Of a stretch of 64,000 nt of DNA, positions 33,971 through 49,254 are shown piece by piece; positions within the stretch are counted from its first letter, which is position 1, and every line of letters begins with the position of its first letter. The position numbers were made by a program, and so were the translations under genes. The DNA comes from Octopus vulgaris (lineage: Eukaryota), in contig OX597820.1 in NCBI GenBank assembly GCA_951406725.2, forward strand, positions 101,184,001-101,248,000. The letters are read 5' to 3'. Below the pieces are notes generated by a model. It was not told the DNA's origin and did no database searches. It saw nothing but the letters and a program-made list of their open reading frames with translations.

Positions 33971-36209
33971 AAAGCTTGAATTATAGAACTAAGAGTGGTT
34001 TCACTGGGTTGGTGTCAAAAGATTTGAAGAGAATGTTCTATAATTAGTTTTAATACAAAAATGAACGAACCATCTTAATTGATCATTTAGTTAGCAGGTA
34101 CATCCCACAGCAAAGATTAAAAGTACATTTTTATACCTCTTTGATATACTAACGTTTGTTGGATATTCTCTAATGAATTGCTTGTATTAATGAAATTATT
34201 GTGTTATATTTACAACTGGATCCCCTTCATAATGAGTGATACTTCTGATTCAGATCATCAAACTGAAGCATGTTGAATGATCTGCCCTGTGAATATGTTT
34301 TATTGGCTAGTAACCCTGTATGTTAATCACTGGTTTTGTGGGAAATACTTGAATACAAACACACACATGTACCATGTCTCTGATTCTTATTTATTAAAGT
34401 TGTTTTAAAACAACAATTCTTAGATGCTTTTCTAACTGAATTGTCCACGATATACTCTTTACTCGTTTACTTGTTTCAGTCATTTGACTGTGGCCATGCT
34501 GGAGCACCGCCTTTAGTTGAGCAAATCAACGCCAGGACTTATTCTTTGTAAGCCTAGTACTTATTTCTTTATAGGAAATATTTCATGAAAAGTTCAATTG
34601 TTTTTTTAGTTATATTTTACATCTTTGTGGCCCAGTTATACAAAAATTATCTTTTCAGCTATTATATATACTAATGCTTTATAACTTTTTCTATTTAATA
34701 TATGTATAGGTAGAATAGAGAACCTTGAAAATTGATTGAAAAGTCTTGCTTTGTAAAGTAGATCCACGTAACTCTATTATTGTAAATGCAGTGTAGATAA
34801 GTTTAACTAGTAGGCTATGTAGACCTAACATGGCTCTCAGTAGACAACTTACATTTAGATCATTAAGATAAATTTTGCTATTGAGGTTGAATTATGAATT
34901 GTAAAGATACAAGTGGAGGTTAAGTCTGTCCAACAAATGTTGTTCTAATCGGGGATCAACAAATTGATCCTATATGGTGAATGCAACAGTAAATTTATCT
35001 ACAGGCATATATGAATGTTTTCGTAGTTCCGTGTTTAACTAGTTGATTTTTATTTTACTGATTTCTCTAACTCAGTTGTTGGTATTCTGGGAGCACTAAC
35101 TTCACGGGTGAAGGGTATAGTTGATTATATTAACTCCAGTACCTGCTTTCTTCCAGGTTCAGTCCCACTGCATGACACCTTGGACTGACCAAAGCCTTGT
35201 GGGTGGATTTGTAGATGGAAACTTTAAGAAGCCCATCCTATAAATGTATACATACATATGTACATATAAAACAGCGACAATTTACCCATCACACCCTGTA
35301 TATATATATATGTGTGTGTATGTGTGTGTGTGTCTTTGTGTATCACCACTACTTGACAACTGGTGTTGCTGTGTTTATGTCCCCATAACTTAGCAGTTTG
35401 ACAAAAGAGATCAATAGGTTAAGTATAAGGCACTAAAAAAATGGGTACTGGGGTCGATTCATTCAACTAAAAATTCTTTTAGATGGTACCCCAGCATGGC
35501 CACAGTCTCACAACTGAAAAGAGTAGATGTAAAAGAAGTAAAAGATAAAAGATATCACATTAACTACCACAAGGTATATTGTTGAACACACTACTGATTC
35601 AACTATTCACTGGCTGTAGATGTTTTAGATCGTAAAGACTAGATATTGAATCAATAACTGTTCTCTGGATGAAAGCAGTGGTCAACCAAGGGCACTAGGA
35701 AATATTGAAATACGAGTGTTGTATTAAGAGCAACAGGAGGAGAATCTTTCTGTAATTATATATCTTACAAGCGTATATTATTCATTTAATTACTTTTTAT
35801 GCCTCTCAACACCTTCTTTCCTGCAAATCCATCTGAGTACGTTAATCAAAAGAAGACATTTTGCTCCCCACAAATACAACAAGCTGAGATGTTTTCCCCT
35901 AGCTTCCTTGATTTCTACACTACAATGCATTGGAGATTAGCAATAACAAAAGCCATTGGTAGCTAAAAATGTGTTTTCAGCTACTTATGATATTAATATC
36001 TTATCTTCAGGCAAATGTTCTTAATATTATCACTCTATCCTGTCTTTTTTCTTTAATCACTAGTTGGATTTGTTTCAATTATAAATACAGCGTGTTGCTA
36101 TTGTTTAACTTCAGGTGAGCACTGATCAAACAGACTTATGATCAATCGTGTTCCAGGTGTCACCATCTTGTCTGTCTTTTTTGAGACCTAGTTTGTCTAA
36201 GATTACATA

Positions 36210-36648
36210 TGAGTAGGTGCTGAAAAGGTTTTGGCTTTGGGTGAAAAAAAATACAGGACAATCAGTTATGATTTTATTCAGCATATTCTCCTCTCAAATT
36301 CACACATTTATTGCAGTGGTGCTTCAGTTTTTCTATGCCCTGTAAAAGAACTTGGAAGGGGAGCCTCCAACCAGGATTTTTGTGATACCCTTAACCCTTT
36401 GGTGTTTAAGCCGGCCATATCCGGCCCAAATATTCTACATGTTTTTACATTCAAACTGGCCATATTTAGCCTCTCACACCTAACCTACATTGACATTCTA
36501 AGAATAAACTATCATACCATTGAAACTTCAAAGCTATAAGATAATGTATGATTAATTCAAAACGATTTGAGTGAAAAAAGTATTACATTTAACAGATTAA
36601 TCTGAACACTAAAGGGTTAAAGCAAGGAACTTTTCAGCACCCCCTTGT
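36210..36648. mobile_element. Mariner-type MITE hosting a nested piggyBac MITE
   Basis: TIRs GGTGCTGAAAAG / CTTTTCAGCACCCCC; reverse complement of 2864-3079. Confidence 0.75.
36395..36616. mobile_element. piggyBac-type MITE
   Basis: TTAA TSDs at 36391-36394 and 36617-36620; TIR CCCTTTGGTGTT / AACACTAAAGGG. Confidence 0.85.
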
Positions 36649-39397
36649 AATCCATCATGTTCTTTATTTGTATGTGATACTGCAAAGTGTGAAATGAGAG
36701 AGATTTGGCTGCTATGTTTGGCTAGTTGGACAATTATGTAAAATATCTAGTTGTGTTTTCCCAGTAGGTGTTACTTTTGGGAGAACTGCTTTGTTAGCAT
36801 TTCTTTGTTAGCATCACTGAATACTGGGTTTTTGAATTCAGTTCTATATTCTTGACAAATCCTGTTATTTTCCTTTTAAGTCTACTCTATTTGCAGCTGA
36901 AACTCTTAGCATTGAAATTACATTTTTTCCCAGAATATGAAGACATTGTAAATGAGAGGTGTCAACCATCTCAACTAACAATGAAAATTTATCAAAAGCA
37001 ATATAGCCCTCTTCTGATTATAGGTCTTATGAGAAGTCACACAATTTATGCTAATTTATGCTTGTGAACTGAGTGTTAACTATTTTAGAATTATTTATTT
37101 TTCATTCATGTTTTTTTATTTGCAAGGTGTTTCTGATTCAGTTCATTTTTTTTTTTGGTGGAGATTAACTATAAATCTATGATGGTAGGATTAGCCATTG
37201 TACTAATTATATCTCCAGTTGTTATAGAAGATTATTTTCTGTATACCCATCTCAGCTTTATTAAATTCAAGAGAAATTTGTTTTGACTGTTTAACTTTGA
37301 TGACTTTTCCCTTTATTTGAAAAATCAACTCGTATTGCAATATATATATGTGTGTGTGTGTGTGCCTTACGTAGGTGTAAGATAACAAAATGATTCAGAA
37401 TTTCAATTTACTATCATGAGGTTTTGGGTTCAATCCCATTGTGTAGCATCTTGGACATGTGTCATCTGTCACAGACTTTGGTCACCCAAAGACTTGTCAG
37501 CAAAACTGTGTTGATAGAAACAGTGGAAGCACATTGGATGGACTGTCTGTAATTCAAAGGAACAGCCTTATCACCTTGTATCACACTGACCCTAACAGAG
37601 TTACATTTAGAGTACAAATGTCTTTGAAATACTCAGCCAGTTGTATTATTCAATGAGTACATAGTTCATTGATTGAATGATTCATTTTTGAAACCAGAAG
37701 TAGATCCATTTACTGTGTGTCTATATCTCTAAATACCCATCCATCAATTAAAAATAACACTAATGATAGCAATTACAATTAGATTTTGCAATACTTCAAG
37801 TTTCATATTATTTCTTGATTTATACTCCATACCTTAAAAAAGTTTGGTTATCACAAAATCAGCATAGGAGCTGATACTTGGTTACTCAATCTGTTTGAAG
37901 GAAATTGCAGCAAAATATTTTTTAAGTTACACCTTACTATATTAAAAAGGGAGGGGTAGATTAGATAATCTAATTTTAGATGTGTAATGTTTCAACAAAG
38001 AACTGGAGGATTATGGCTTGAATATCTTTGATCATCAGACAAACTGCTAACTTATTGGGATGTAAACAAACCAACTCCAGCTGTCAAGCAGTGGTGGGGA
38101 CAAACAAAGACAAATATACACACACACATATACAAACATATATATATATATGACCCCCCCCCGGCCACACTCACAAGAGATGCTTATTTCAGTTTCAGTC
38201 TTTATGTCTGCACATATGGCTTTGGTTGGCCTGAGACTATTGTAGAAGAGACTTGTCTAAGGTGCCATGCTGTAGGACTGAACCTGAAGCCATGTGGCTG
38301 GGAAGCAAACTTCTAACCACACAGCCACCACTGTACCTCTATGTTCAGTATTCCACTTTGGTAGAATTCCACTTTTGGTGTCAGGTTTGTACTATAAAAA
38401 TAACTGGAAAATAACAGGGAGTAAAATTTATATAATTGACCACATCTTTTACCTTTTACTTGTTTCAGTCATTAGACTGTGGCCATGTTGAGGCATTACT
38501 TTGAAGAATTTTAGCTGAATGAATTGACTCCCAGTACTAATTTTTTTCCCTGGTACTGGTACTTATTCTATTGGGGACCTAAACACACCACCATTGGTTG
38601 TCAAGCAATGGTGGGGGACAAACACAAAGACACACACACACATATGACTAGCTTCTTTCAGTTTCTGTCTACCAAATCCACAAGGCTTTGGTTGGTCCAA
38701 GGCTACAGTAGAAGACACTTGCCCAAGGTGCCACGCAGTGGGACTGAATCCAGAACCATGTGGTTCGGAAGCAAGCTTCTTACCTCACAGCCAAAGGAAG
38801 TAATTTTTTTTTTGTACAAATTTAAAGGGAAGTGGTAAAGTTAATTGGATTTTGTTAGTTATATTAATGGGATGGAAGTCAAAGTTGATCACTAACATGT
38901 TTTGAACTCATAACGTGGCAGGATGTTACTAAATATATACTACAGTTCTTTTCGTCTGATACACTACCGTTTCAATTTTTATTGAAACACAAACAATAAC
39001 TAAGATAGAGTATGATATATTTGCTTTTAAATTGATCAAATGAAGTGAAATAACATATCGACTTAGTAATAAGATTGTGATAACAGCTGTCTGCATTCTT
39101 TGCATTGATAATGAAGTAATTTGATTGTTATTCATCTTAGGACTAGTGAACTACCTTATAACTAACAAATTGGTATGATCAATCAACCATATGTGTGTGT
39201 GTTACACAAGCACCCCCACACACATATATAAATAATTTAATATATTTTTCAAATAAGTTAAAAGAGTTTCCAATATCTTGGTCTCAGGCATTATTAACAG
39301 ATTTTGTTCTGTAGAATAGCTTCTTGCAGCCTGTCTTTATTCTCTGTTAATGTTATTGTTCTAAATTTTCATTGATGTACTGCATCAGCAAAAACTA

Positions 39398-39780
39398 GGT
39401 GCAGGCATAGCTGTATGGTAAGATGCTTGTTGCTCAACCACATGGTTCCAGGTTCAACCCCATTGCATAGCTTGAGCAAGTGTCTTTTACTGTGACCTCT
39501 GGCTCTCCAAATCCTTGTGAGTGAAAGAAACTAGTCATGTGTATATGCGTAGGTGTATGTACGAGTGTGTGTATTTTTGTGTCTGTTTGTCCCTCACCAC
39601 TGCTTGATACCTGGTGTTGGTGTGTTTACATCCCCCTAATTTAACAGTTTGGCAAAAGAGACTGATAGAATAAATACCAGGCTTAAAAGAAAATACAAGT
39701 ATGAGAGTTGATTCATTTGACTAAATTCCTTCAAGGTGGTGCTCCAGCATGGCTGCAGTCTAATGAGTGAAATAAGTAGA
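39398..39780 (+). mobile_element. Diverged SINE family B
   Basis: Head, core and GGTGCTCCAGCATGG tail. Confidence 0.75.
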
Positions 39781-39795
39781 TAATAATAGGTATAT

Positions 39796-40100
39796 CATCA
39801 TCATCATTTAGCGTCCACTTTCCATGCTAGCATGGGTTGGACGGTTCAACTGGGGTCTGGGAAGCCAGAAGGCTGCACCAGGCCCAGTCTGATCTGGCAA
39901 TGTTTCTACGGCTGGATGCCCTTCCTAACGCCAACCACTCCGTGAGTGTAGTGGGTGCTTTTTACGTACCACCGGCACAGGTGCCAGATGGGGCTGGCAA
40001 ACGGCCATGGTCGGATGTTGCTTTTTACGTGCCACTGGCACGGGGGCCAGGTGAGGCTGGCAATGGCCACGATCGGATGATGCTTTTTATGTGCCACTGG
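39796..40100 (-). mobile_element. RTE 3'UTR fragment
   Basis: Near-identical to the reverse complement of 4243-4611. Confidence 0.85.
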
Positions 40101-40852
40101 CTGGGTTTAGAAACCTTGCTTCCAAGCCACCTGGTCTTGTGTTCAGTCCCACTATGTGGTACCTTGGGTTAGTGTCTTCTACTTTAGCTCTGAGTCAGCA
40201 AAAGCCTTGTAAGTGAATGGGTTTGGATGAAGGAAACTGAAGGAAATGAATTAGGTATATGTTTGTATATACATGTATATATGTGTGTGTGTTTTTGTCT
40301 TGGCATCCTGTGATAGTTGTCACTGTCTCACAAGTGATGTTCCAACCTGCTGTGGAAACATGTCTGGGCAACAGGTGAGAGTTGGTGATTGGAAGAGATT
40401 TCAGCCTCACCGAATTCCATCTGACATTTGAAAGCATATAAAAGTAGACATTAAAACGATGGTATATAATCATCATCATTTAATGTCCATCTTCCATGCT
40501 AGCATGGGTTGGATGGTTTGACAGGAGCCTTAATCAGGGAAATAGTTACCTGCTTCTTTCTTTTCAGTTGCTGTTTTTCTTCTCTGTCTTCTCCCATCTT
40601 CATCATCTAAACCACTGCTCAGCAACCAGTATGCTGTGGCACACTGGTGTGACATGAGATGATGCTAGGTGTGTTGCTGTGTAACCTGAATATAATTTTT
40701 TTCCCTATACTTTTATTTATAGTTTTAGTTCAGGTGTGCTGCCAAATTTTGTAAAGAACATAAGTGTATCGCAAGTGAAGAAAGGTTGCAGAGTACTGAA
40801 TCTAAACTACAAGCCATAGAAATCTTTTCAATCCACCCTTACACACACACAT

Positions 40853-40887
<35 letters not shown>

Positions 40888-41247
40888 CTTTTCTGTTTTA
40901 CTTCACCTTCCTCTGATACAGATGTTCTCTATTCTGAATACGTGACAGTTTTTCCCATTGTCCATTTGCAAATTATATCCATATCAGAATAGTTGCTTTT
41001 TTTTTTTTTTTTTGCCAGCACTTATCTCTGGATACCTTTCATGCCCAACCTTTCTCAGGTAATTTGTGTAATATCTATCATTGGACTTTCAGTATCTTTC
41101 TGGCCTATACTAGTGTACTTCATTCAGTGTCCATGTGTTTAATACAATGTAGCACCACCACATTCCACAATGAAGGTAATGAGAAACAAAAATCAGATCA
41201 TTTGGTATAGGTAAAAGCATGGTTCAGGTGAATAGGTTTGTATGTAC

Positions 41248-41640
41248 CTTTTACTTGTTAACTGTTTCAGTCATTTGATTGCGACCATGCTGGGGCACCG
41301 CTTTGAAGAGTTTTAGTCAAACAATTTGACTCCAGGACTTAGTTTTTTAATGCCTAGTACTTATTCTATCAGTCTCTTTTGCTAAGCTGCTAAGTTATGG
41401 GAGCATAAACTCACCAACACTGGCTGTCAGGTGGTGGTGGGGGACAAACACAGACACAAAGATGACACATGTACAAACATACACACACACACACACCGTC
41501 TACCAAATCCACTCACAAGGCTTTGGTCAGTCTGAAGCTATAGTAGAAGACACATGCCCAAGGTGCCACGCAGTAGGACTGAACCCAGAGCCATGTGATT
41601 GGGAAGCAAGCTTCTTACCACACAGGCATGCCTGCACCTA
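41248..41640 (-). mobile_element. SINE family B
   Basis: Tail, core and head recognisable. Confidence 0.75.
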
Positions 41641-44209
41641 TGTAGGTGTACTTATGGTTTTTCTCTGCTATATGCTACATGGCACCTGTTTCTGTCTTTC
41701 TATTATACTCTATCCTTGCAGTTACTAGTACAATGTAAAGAGCACCTGGTACACTCTGTAAATTAGTTGGCATCAGGAAGGGTATACGGCCATAGAAACC
41801 ATGCCAAAGCCGACAATAGAGATTGGTGCAGTCTTCTGGCTCTCCAGCTCCTATCAAACCGTCCAACCCATGCCAGCATGGAAAATAGATGTTAAATGAT
41901 ACTGATGATTCCAACCCTGCTGCAACACTTTCAACTGAATAAAGTGGTGACCTCTTTTTGTTTTCCATGATTCTCATGGAAGATTTTGGTTTGTCATCAA
42001 TTATGGTTGGAGATGATACAGTAATTTCTAAATTATAGGGAAATGACATTAGCTTGTTTCTCTGAATGATATATTGAGAAATATATTTTCATTAACGGAC
42101 TTTTATCACCTCCTCCCTACTAGCACTACTGATTTTATATATGTCATATGTCAAAATGCCATATAGAGATATGGAGACATTTATGAAATTTTATATTACT
42201 AACTGCAAAAGTGTTTATGTGTGTATATATGTACATGTGTGTACGTGTGTGTGTGCGTGTGTGTGTGTGTGTGTGTGTGAGAGAAAAGATTGATTAATGG
42301 CTATTTTGTTTTGTGAGTCTTTGTGAACCCTGGTGAATTTTACATGTGCAATCATGAAACCATTGACACTACCATCACCATTATAACAATCTCAACACTA
42401 AATATACAATATCATCATCACCACAAAAACAAAACCACCACCACTACCACCACCATTATAGAAGCCAACGTTAACCACTGTCATTACATAATGTCTATTT
42501 TTGTATACAACTTGGAAGTAACTTATTTTCTGGGCTTGTTTTAGTTGACCTTAAGCTCTCTGTCATCTGATCAACAATACTGAACTTTTGTAAAACAGGA
42601 AGATAGGCTATTGTTAGGGGACCCTCTCCACCATCTGTCCCCTAGTGGAAGTATGTTGCTTAACTTGTTTCTGTAAAACTAGGTTCAAAATAAGTAGATA
42701 CATCTTAAACATTGTATGAATAGCATTAATGTATCTAAATATCTGAGATGAATTGTTAATATTGAAATTTTTTCTGATTTGTTATCTCACTTTTTAGAGA
42801 AGGAACATTTCAAAAAAAAAAATAATTACATTTTTATTCTGTTGTCTTTGTGAAGACGGGGAAATAGAAAGTCACACAGACACACACATGCACACATACA
42901 CACAGGCACGCATGCACACGACTGGCCTTTTCCAGTTTTAGTTCACCAAATCTATTCACAAGGCTTTGGTTGACCCATGACAAAATGACATACAATGGGA
43001 TTGAACCTGAAACCACATGACTTGGAAGCAAACCTCTTCACCACACAACTATGTGATGGTTGTAAATTGATAAAGGAATGACATAATTGGAATGGCATAA
43101 TGGACTGTTTTCTGATGATTGCTGCTGTGGAAAAAGTTAGATGGGAATTCTATCTCACATCTCCTAAAATTTTCCAGCTATAAGTTATTAAACTGTAATT
43201 ATGCTGGGGCTCTGCCTTGAAGAATTTTCTTTAGTTGAACAAATCGACCCCAGTACTAATTTTTTAAAGCTTGGTAACTATCATATTGGTCTCTTTTGTT
43301 GAACTGCTAAGTTACAAGGACATAAGCACACCAACATCAGTTATGAAGTGGTAGTGGTTGGGACAGACACAAGCACAAAGATGCACATACACATATATGT
43401 ATATAATGGGCTTCTTTCAGTTTCCATCTACCAAATCCACTCACAAGGCTTTGGTTGGCCTGAGGCTATAATAGAAGACTCTTGCCCAAGTTGCCATGCA
43501 GTGGGACTGGACCTGAAACCATGTGTTTGGGAAGCAAGCTTCCTTCCACACAGCCACACCTGAACTTATAAAGGCTAAGATATACCCACAGGAGTACTTG
43601 AACCTGTGACATTCAGATTGCTTCTGAGTCTGCCTCATAAAAGTGTGATGCTCTATCGACTGAGCTATACTGTATACTTTTCTTGTTTCCCTATGTTTAA
43701 CGCAAAAACAAAACTTAGGAATGCAATTCTTTCATCAGTTCTTAATAGAGAAGTAGTTTTAAAAATTAACTTGTAGTGACTTAAATATAATTCTTTAAAA
43801 TAAACGGGGAGAATTAAATTTGAAATTATTGTATTTGATTGTTTTAAATTAACTTTTACCAAATTAAATAGAAAGCATGGATTAAATAGCTTTAGTATTG
43901 AGGAAAATCAAGGATAATTGAAATTTTAATAATTGTGAGAAGAAATTTATCGGTAGGATATAATTCAAATAGCACTTTTGATGCTAAGAGCATCTTATTT
44001 ATTTTTAAGCAGCCCGGTTGACTCTGAGTAAAACATATAGCATAAAGTTAACTGATTAAATGACCAGACCCCTTGTTGTTGCCATCTTGTTCTTTATAAG
44101 GATATGTCATATTATCTAAGAATCTCCTTTTAAAAATAGTACTTTTTGTGGAGCCCCTAGAAGATCCATGGTCAAAGCCACCTCAGTCATGACTACTCTG
44201 TCTTTTATT

Positions 44210-47200
44210 CATCCCCATACTTCCTCCCATATTCCTTTCCCTGTTTTTAGAGTTGGCACTGTCAATGTAAGCACACTGAAAGGTAGGTCTAGTGAGATTG
44301 TAGAGATGCTTGAATGGAGACGTGTTGATGTATGCTGAATACAAGAGGTAAGATGGAGAGGAGCTTCAGCCAGGGTCCTCACAGGCAAGGCACATATGTA
44401 TAAAATCTTCTGGGAAGGTAACAGTGATGGAGTAGGAGGTGTAGGCATACTCCTTGTGGATAAATGGGTGGATAAGGTCATAGAGGTAGTCAGGGTATGC
44501 GATAGAGTGCTTAAGCTCAGGCTAGTCCTGCAGAATAGTATAGCTACAATTATCTCTACCTATGCCCCACAAGCGGGCCTACTAAATGATCAGGACCACT
44601 TTTATGACACCCTGCTACAGGCCACCTCAAAGATGAGTGGCAATGACCTCATCTTTGTGACTGAAGATTTTAATGGGCATGTCAGATGGCAAACCGGTAT
44701 CTTCCATGGCGTTCATGGGGGTCATGGAATTGGTTCCCAAAACGAAGAGGGAACTAGGCTACTGGAGTTCTGTGATGCAACCTATTAATCTGCAACACTA
44801 ACTTCAGGAAGCCAGACAGCCACCTGATAACCTATCAACCAGGTGACTCTGCTAACTAGATTGATTTCATCCTAACCAGACAGCAAGATGCAGGGTTGCT
44901 CTTAAATACTAAGACCCTCCCTGGTGAAGAATGTACCTCACAGTATAGGCTAGTCATTAGTGACTTAAGGCCAGAAGGATACCAAGAAGCAGACCAATCC
45001 AAAAAAAGAAGGATTTGGAAGCTAAAGAACCCTTCACATGGTTAGAAATTTAGGGACATCCTCACTGAGAAATTTGATGAGAGGGAGTAGGAGCTGCAGA
45101 CTTCGGACATAGAGGGTAACTGGAAATTCCTACGAGACAGCTTACTGAGCACCACAAACCAAATCTGCTGGTGCAAAGTCCCTTCCAGACTTAGAGTAAT
45201 GTGGTGGTAGAATAATATGATAGAGAAGGCCATTAGGGCAAAGAAACAGGCCTGGAAAAGTGGGGTAGCAGGAAACTGTACCAGATCGCCAGCAGGGTGG
45301 GGGTGACAGGTATACATAGCCAAGGGAGAAGCAGAAAAGAAGAAGTTTGCCAATGTTCAGTAATGTGAGGACCAACAAACTGAAGTATTTTGGATTGTAA
45401 GACAGTGTGTGAGAAAAAATTATGATGTCACAGGAGAGAAACGTGTTTGCATGGATGATGGTGCACTTGCTTTTAATGATTCTGAAAAGCAAAAGGCTTG
45501 GAGAAGCCATTAGGAAAGGCTGCTGAATGTGGAGTATGAATGGGAGGAGGAATGCCTGCCAAATGTTGACCCAATAGAGGGACCAGCTACCCGAATAGAT
45601 AGCATCCTAGTAGATAAAGCAATTAAGGATATGAAGTCAGGAAAAGTCCCCGGCCCAGCAGGAATCACTGCTGAGATGCTTAAAATATCTGGTGGTGTGG
45701 GTCATGGCCTAGTCACCTGTATTGTAAACCAGGTAGTTCACGAAGGAGATATACCCAATGACTGGCATAGCAGCATCATAGTCAACTGCTACAAAAGTAA
45801 AGGTGATGCTTTAGATAGCATCAAACTGCTGGATCAGGTGATGAAGGTCACAGAGAGGGTTATAGCCCAACTAATTAGGGAGAGAGTCTGCTTAGATGAG
45901 ATGAGGTTCGGCTTTGTGCCAGGTAGAAGCACCACTGATGCTATATTCCTGGTACAGCAACTGCAGGAAAAATACCTAGCCAAAGATAAAACCCTATACT
46001 TAGCTTTTGTGCACTAGGAGAAAGCCTTAGACAAGGTCCCCCAATCCCTTATCTTGTGGGTTATGTAGAAACTGGGGGTTGATGAGTGGTTAATAAGAGC
46101 TGTACAGGGATGCTGTTAGTAAGTTAAGGGTCAGCAATGAGTATAGTGAAGAATTCCGAGTAGAAGTAGGGATTCACTAAGGATCAGCCCTCAGCTCCCT
46201 CTTATTCATCATAGTCCTCCTGGCAATAACAGAGGAATTCAAACAGGCTGCCCCTGGGAGCTCCTCTATACTGATGTCCTTGCTCTTATAGCAGAATCAC
46301 TACCAGAATTAGAGAAGAAATTTCTGGTGTGGAAGCAAGGTTCAGAATCAAAAGGCCTTGGAGTCAGTGTTGCAAAAACCAAAGTCTTAGTAAGTAGGAA
46401 GGCGACACATCACAAACCCCTTCAGGTAGATGGCCCTGCTCAGTCTGTAAAAAAGGTGTTGGTAGAAACTCCATAAAATGTACCCAGTGTAAGCTATGGA
46501 CGCATAAGAGGTACAGCAACATCAAAGGAAGGTTAACCGGGAAGCTAGCTTTTGTGTGTGACAGATGCACAGGGACAATAAACATGTTCAGAAAACTGAT
46601 TCCATCACATTCCAGGGGGAGAAACTAGAAGTAGTTGATAGCTTCTGCTACCTAGGTGACTAAGTCTTTAGTGGAGGTGGATGCTCAGAAAGTGTTACCA
46701 CTAGAATAAGAATAGTCTGGGCAAAGTTCAGAAAGCTCTTACCTCTACAAGTGACAGGGCCTCTTGCTCAGAGTGAAAGGTAGATTGTACAATGTATGTG
46801 TGTGAACTGCCATGCTACATGGCAGTGAAACATACCATGACTACTGAAGACATATGTAGGCTTGAAAGAAATGAAACTAGTATGCTCTGCTGGATGTGTA
46901 ATGTCAGTGTGCACACATGACAGTGTAAGTGCCCTGAGAGAAAAGTTGGGCATAAGAAGAATCAGATGTGGTGTGCAGGAGAAATGACTGTGCTGGTATG
47001 GTCATGTGCTATGTATGAATGAGGAGAGCTGTGTGAAGAAGTGTTACTCCCTAAGAGTGGAAGGAATCCATGGAAGAGGGAAACCCAGGAAGACATGCGT
47101 TGAGGTGGTGAAGCATGACCATCAAGCGTTGGGCCTCACAGAGGCAATGTCGAAAGACTGAGACCTCTGGAGATATGCTGTGATTGAGAAGACCCAGCAA

Positions 47201-47738
47201 GGAAAGTGAGATCGCAGCTGTAGCCTACATCAGTGTTGCATAACCAGCCCATTTAAAAACCTTTGAATCATCGGGTGACATGCCGTGCTTGAGGAGACCT
47301 ATTGAGTCAAGTAAATCAAATCAAATCACAATCAAAGGGAAATTGTAGTTGTGGCCGATACCAATGCTGGTGGCATGCAATAAGCACCATTCATGTATGG
47401 GTCGCTGCCTGACTGGGTCCCCCTGCTGATGGCATGTAAAAAGCACCATCCAAATGTGGTTGATGCCAGCCAGCTCCCGACTGGCTCCTGTGCCAGTGGC
47501 ATGTTAAAAGCACCATCTGAACACGGCCGATGCCAATGCCACCTCACTGGCACCTGTGCCGGTGGCATGTAAAAGACACCCACTACACTCTCAGAGTAGT
47601 TGGCATTAGGAAGGGCATCCAGCTGTAGAAACTTTGCCAGATCATATTGGAGCCTGATGCAGCCTCCTGGCTTGCCAGTCCCCACTCAAACTGTCCAACA
47701 CATGCCAGCATGGAAAATGGATGTTAAATGATGATGAT
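44210..47738 (+). mobile_element. Near full-length decayed RTE-clade LINE (APE + RT + PHD-like insert + 3'UTR)
   Basis: APE motifs RVGTVNV, IQEVRW, GVGILL, YAPQ, EDFNGHV, IDFIL; RT motifs KVPGPAGI, FGFVPGRSTTDAIF, LLYTDV; multiple stops; (GAT)n tail. Confidence 0.95.
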
Positions 47739-47982
47739 ATAGTTTATCTCGCTTTACTATAGCCTGTGTAGGCTTATTTTTTAATATAAAATATCACTGC
47801 CACCACCACCACTTGAAAGATATTTGATTGCTATTTCTAGCAGGTGGAGTAACTGCATAGAGCAGTAGATTCAGAATTATTTTTGCTTGTCATGAACTAA
47901 GACTAATAAAAAAAAATTGACATACTTTGTATGTGAAATAAATAAATTAAAAAAAAAGCGAACATATATATATATATATATT

Positions 47983-48143
47983 GGCACAAGAGTGCCTGTA
48001 TGGTAAGTAGCTTGCTTACCAACCACAAAATTCCAGATTCAGTCCCACTGCATGGTACCTTGGGCAGGTGTCTTCTACTATAGCCTCGGGCAGATCAAAG
48101 CCTTGTGAATGGATTTGGTAGACAGAAACTGAAAGAAGCCTGC

Positions 48144-48189
<46 letters not shown>

Positions 48190-48385
48190 GGTGTGTTTGT
48201 CCCCCCCCACCATCACTTGACAACCGATGTTAGTGTGTTTACATCCCCTTAGCTTAGTGGTCCGGCAAAAGAGACCAACAGAATATGTACTAGGCTTACA
48301 AAGAATAAGTCCTGGGGTCGATTTTGTTCGAATAAAGGCAGTGCTCCAGCATGGTTGCAGTCAAATGACTGAAACAAATAAAAGA
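47983..48385 (+). mobile_element. SINE family B, full length
   Basis: Similar to 23302-23693. Confidence 0.85.
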
Positions 48386-48742
48386 AATGATATTTATACA
48401 TTTTAGCTTATAAATGTAAATAAATAACCCAAACCATTGAAAATTAAGTAATTACTTTCTTATTCAGTAAATAAAGCAAGGTTGTCATTAAGAAAACACC
48501 AGTTTGAATGTGTTTTTTTCTCTTTTTGTAAATTTTTTGATATTCAAATATAATTTTATTATTTTACCCTTCTCTGATTTGGAACCTGCTGACATTGCAG
48601 CTGGTTTGATACAGTTGCAGCTTGTGAAGAGGTGTGGTTGTATCATGTAAGCAGAGTGAGTGACTCATTTGACATGTGTGTATTGGTTACAGAAAAATTG
48701 CGCAAGTTAGATTCCTTGGGTTGAATACGATGGCATAGACAT

Positions 48743-49115
48743 AGGCATGGCTGCGTGGTAAGAAGTTTGCTTCCCAACAACATGGTTCTAGGTTCAGTCC
48801 CACTGCATGGCACCATGGGCAAGTGTCTTCTACTGTAGCTTCAAGCCAACCAAAGCTTTGTGAGTGGATTTAGTAGACTGAAACTGAAAGAAACTCATTG
48901 TGTGTGTGTGTGTGTGTGTCACCCACTACTTGACTACCAGTATTGGTGTGTTTATGTCCCTGCAACTTAGCAGTTTAGCAAAGAGATCAATAGAGCGAGT
49001 ACCAGGCTTTCAAAAAAGGAAAAAGTACAAAGGTCAATTCCTTTACTAAGAATTCTTCAAGGTGGTGCCCCCAGTATGGCTGTAGTCTAATGACTAAAGC
49101 AAGTAACAGATAAAA
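48743..49115 (+). mobile_element. SINE family B, diverged
   Basis: Head, core and tail recognisable. Confidence 0.8.
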
Positions 49116-49254
49116 GACATAAAAAGGCTTTAGTGATCTTATAATGCTGCACCTTTCAGCTTTCACAGGGAATCTTTGAAGAGCATTTTATATATCATAA
49201 AGTTGGTGACTGCAACATGGATTACTTTCTAGTTGGGACAAGCAACCTGTAATG

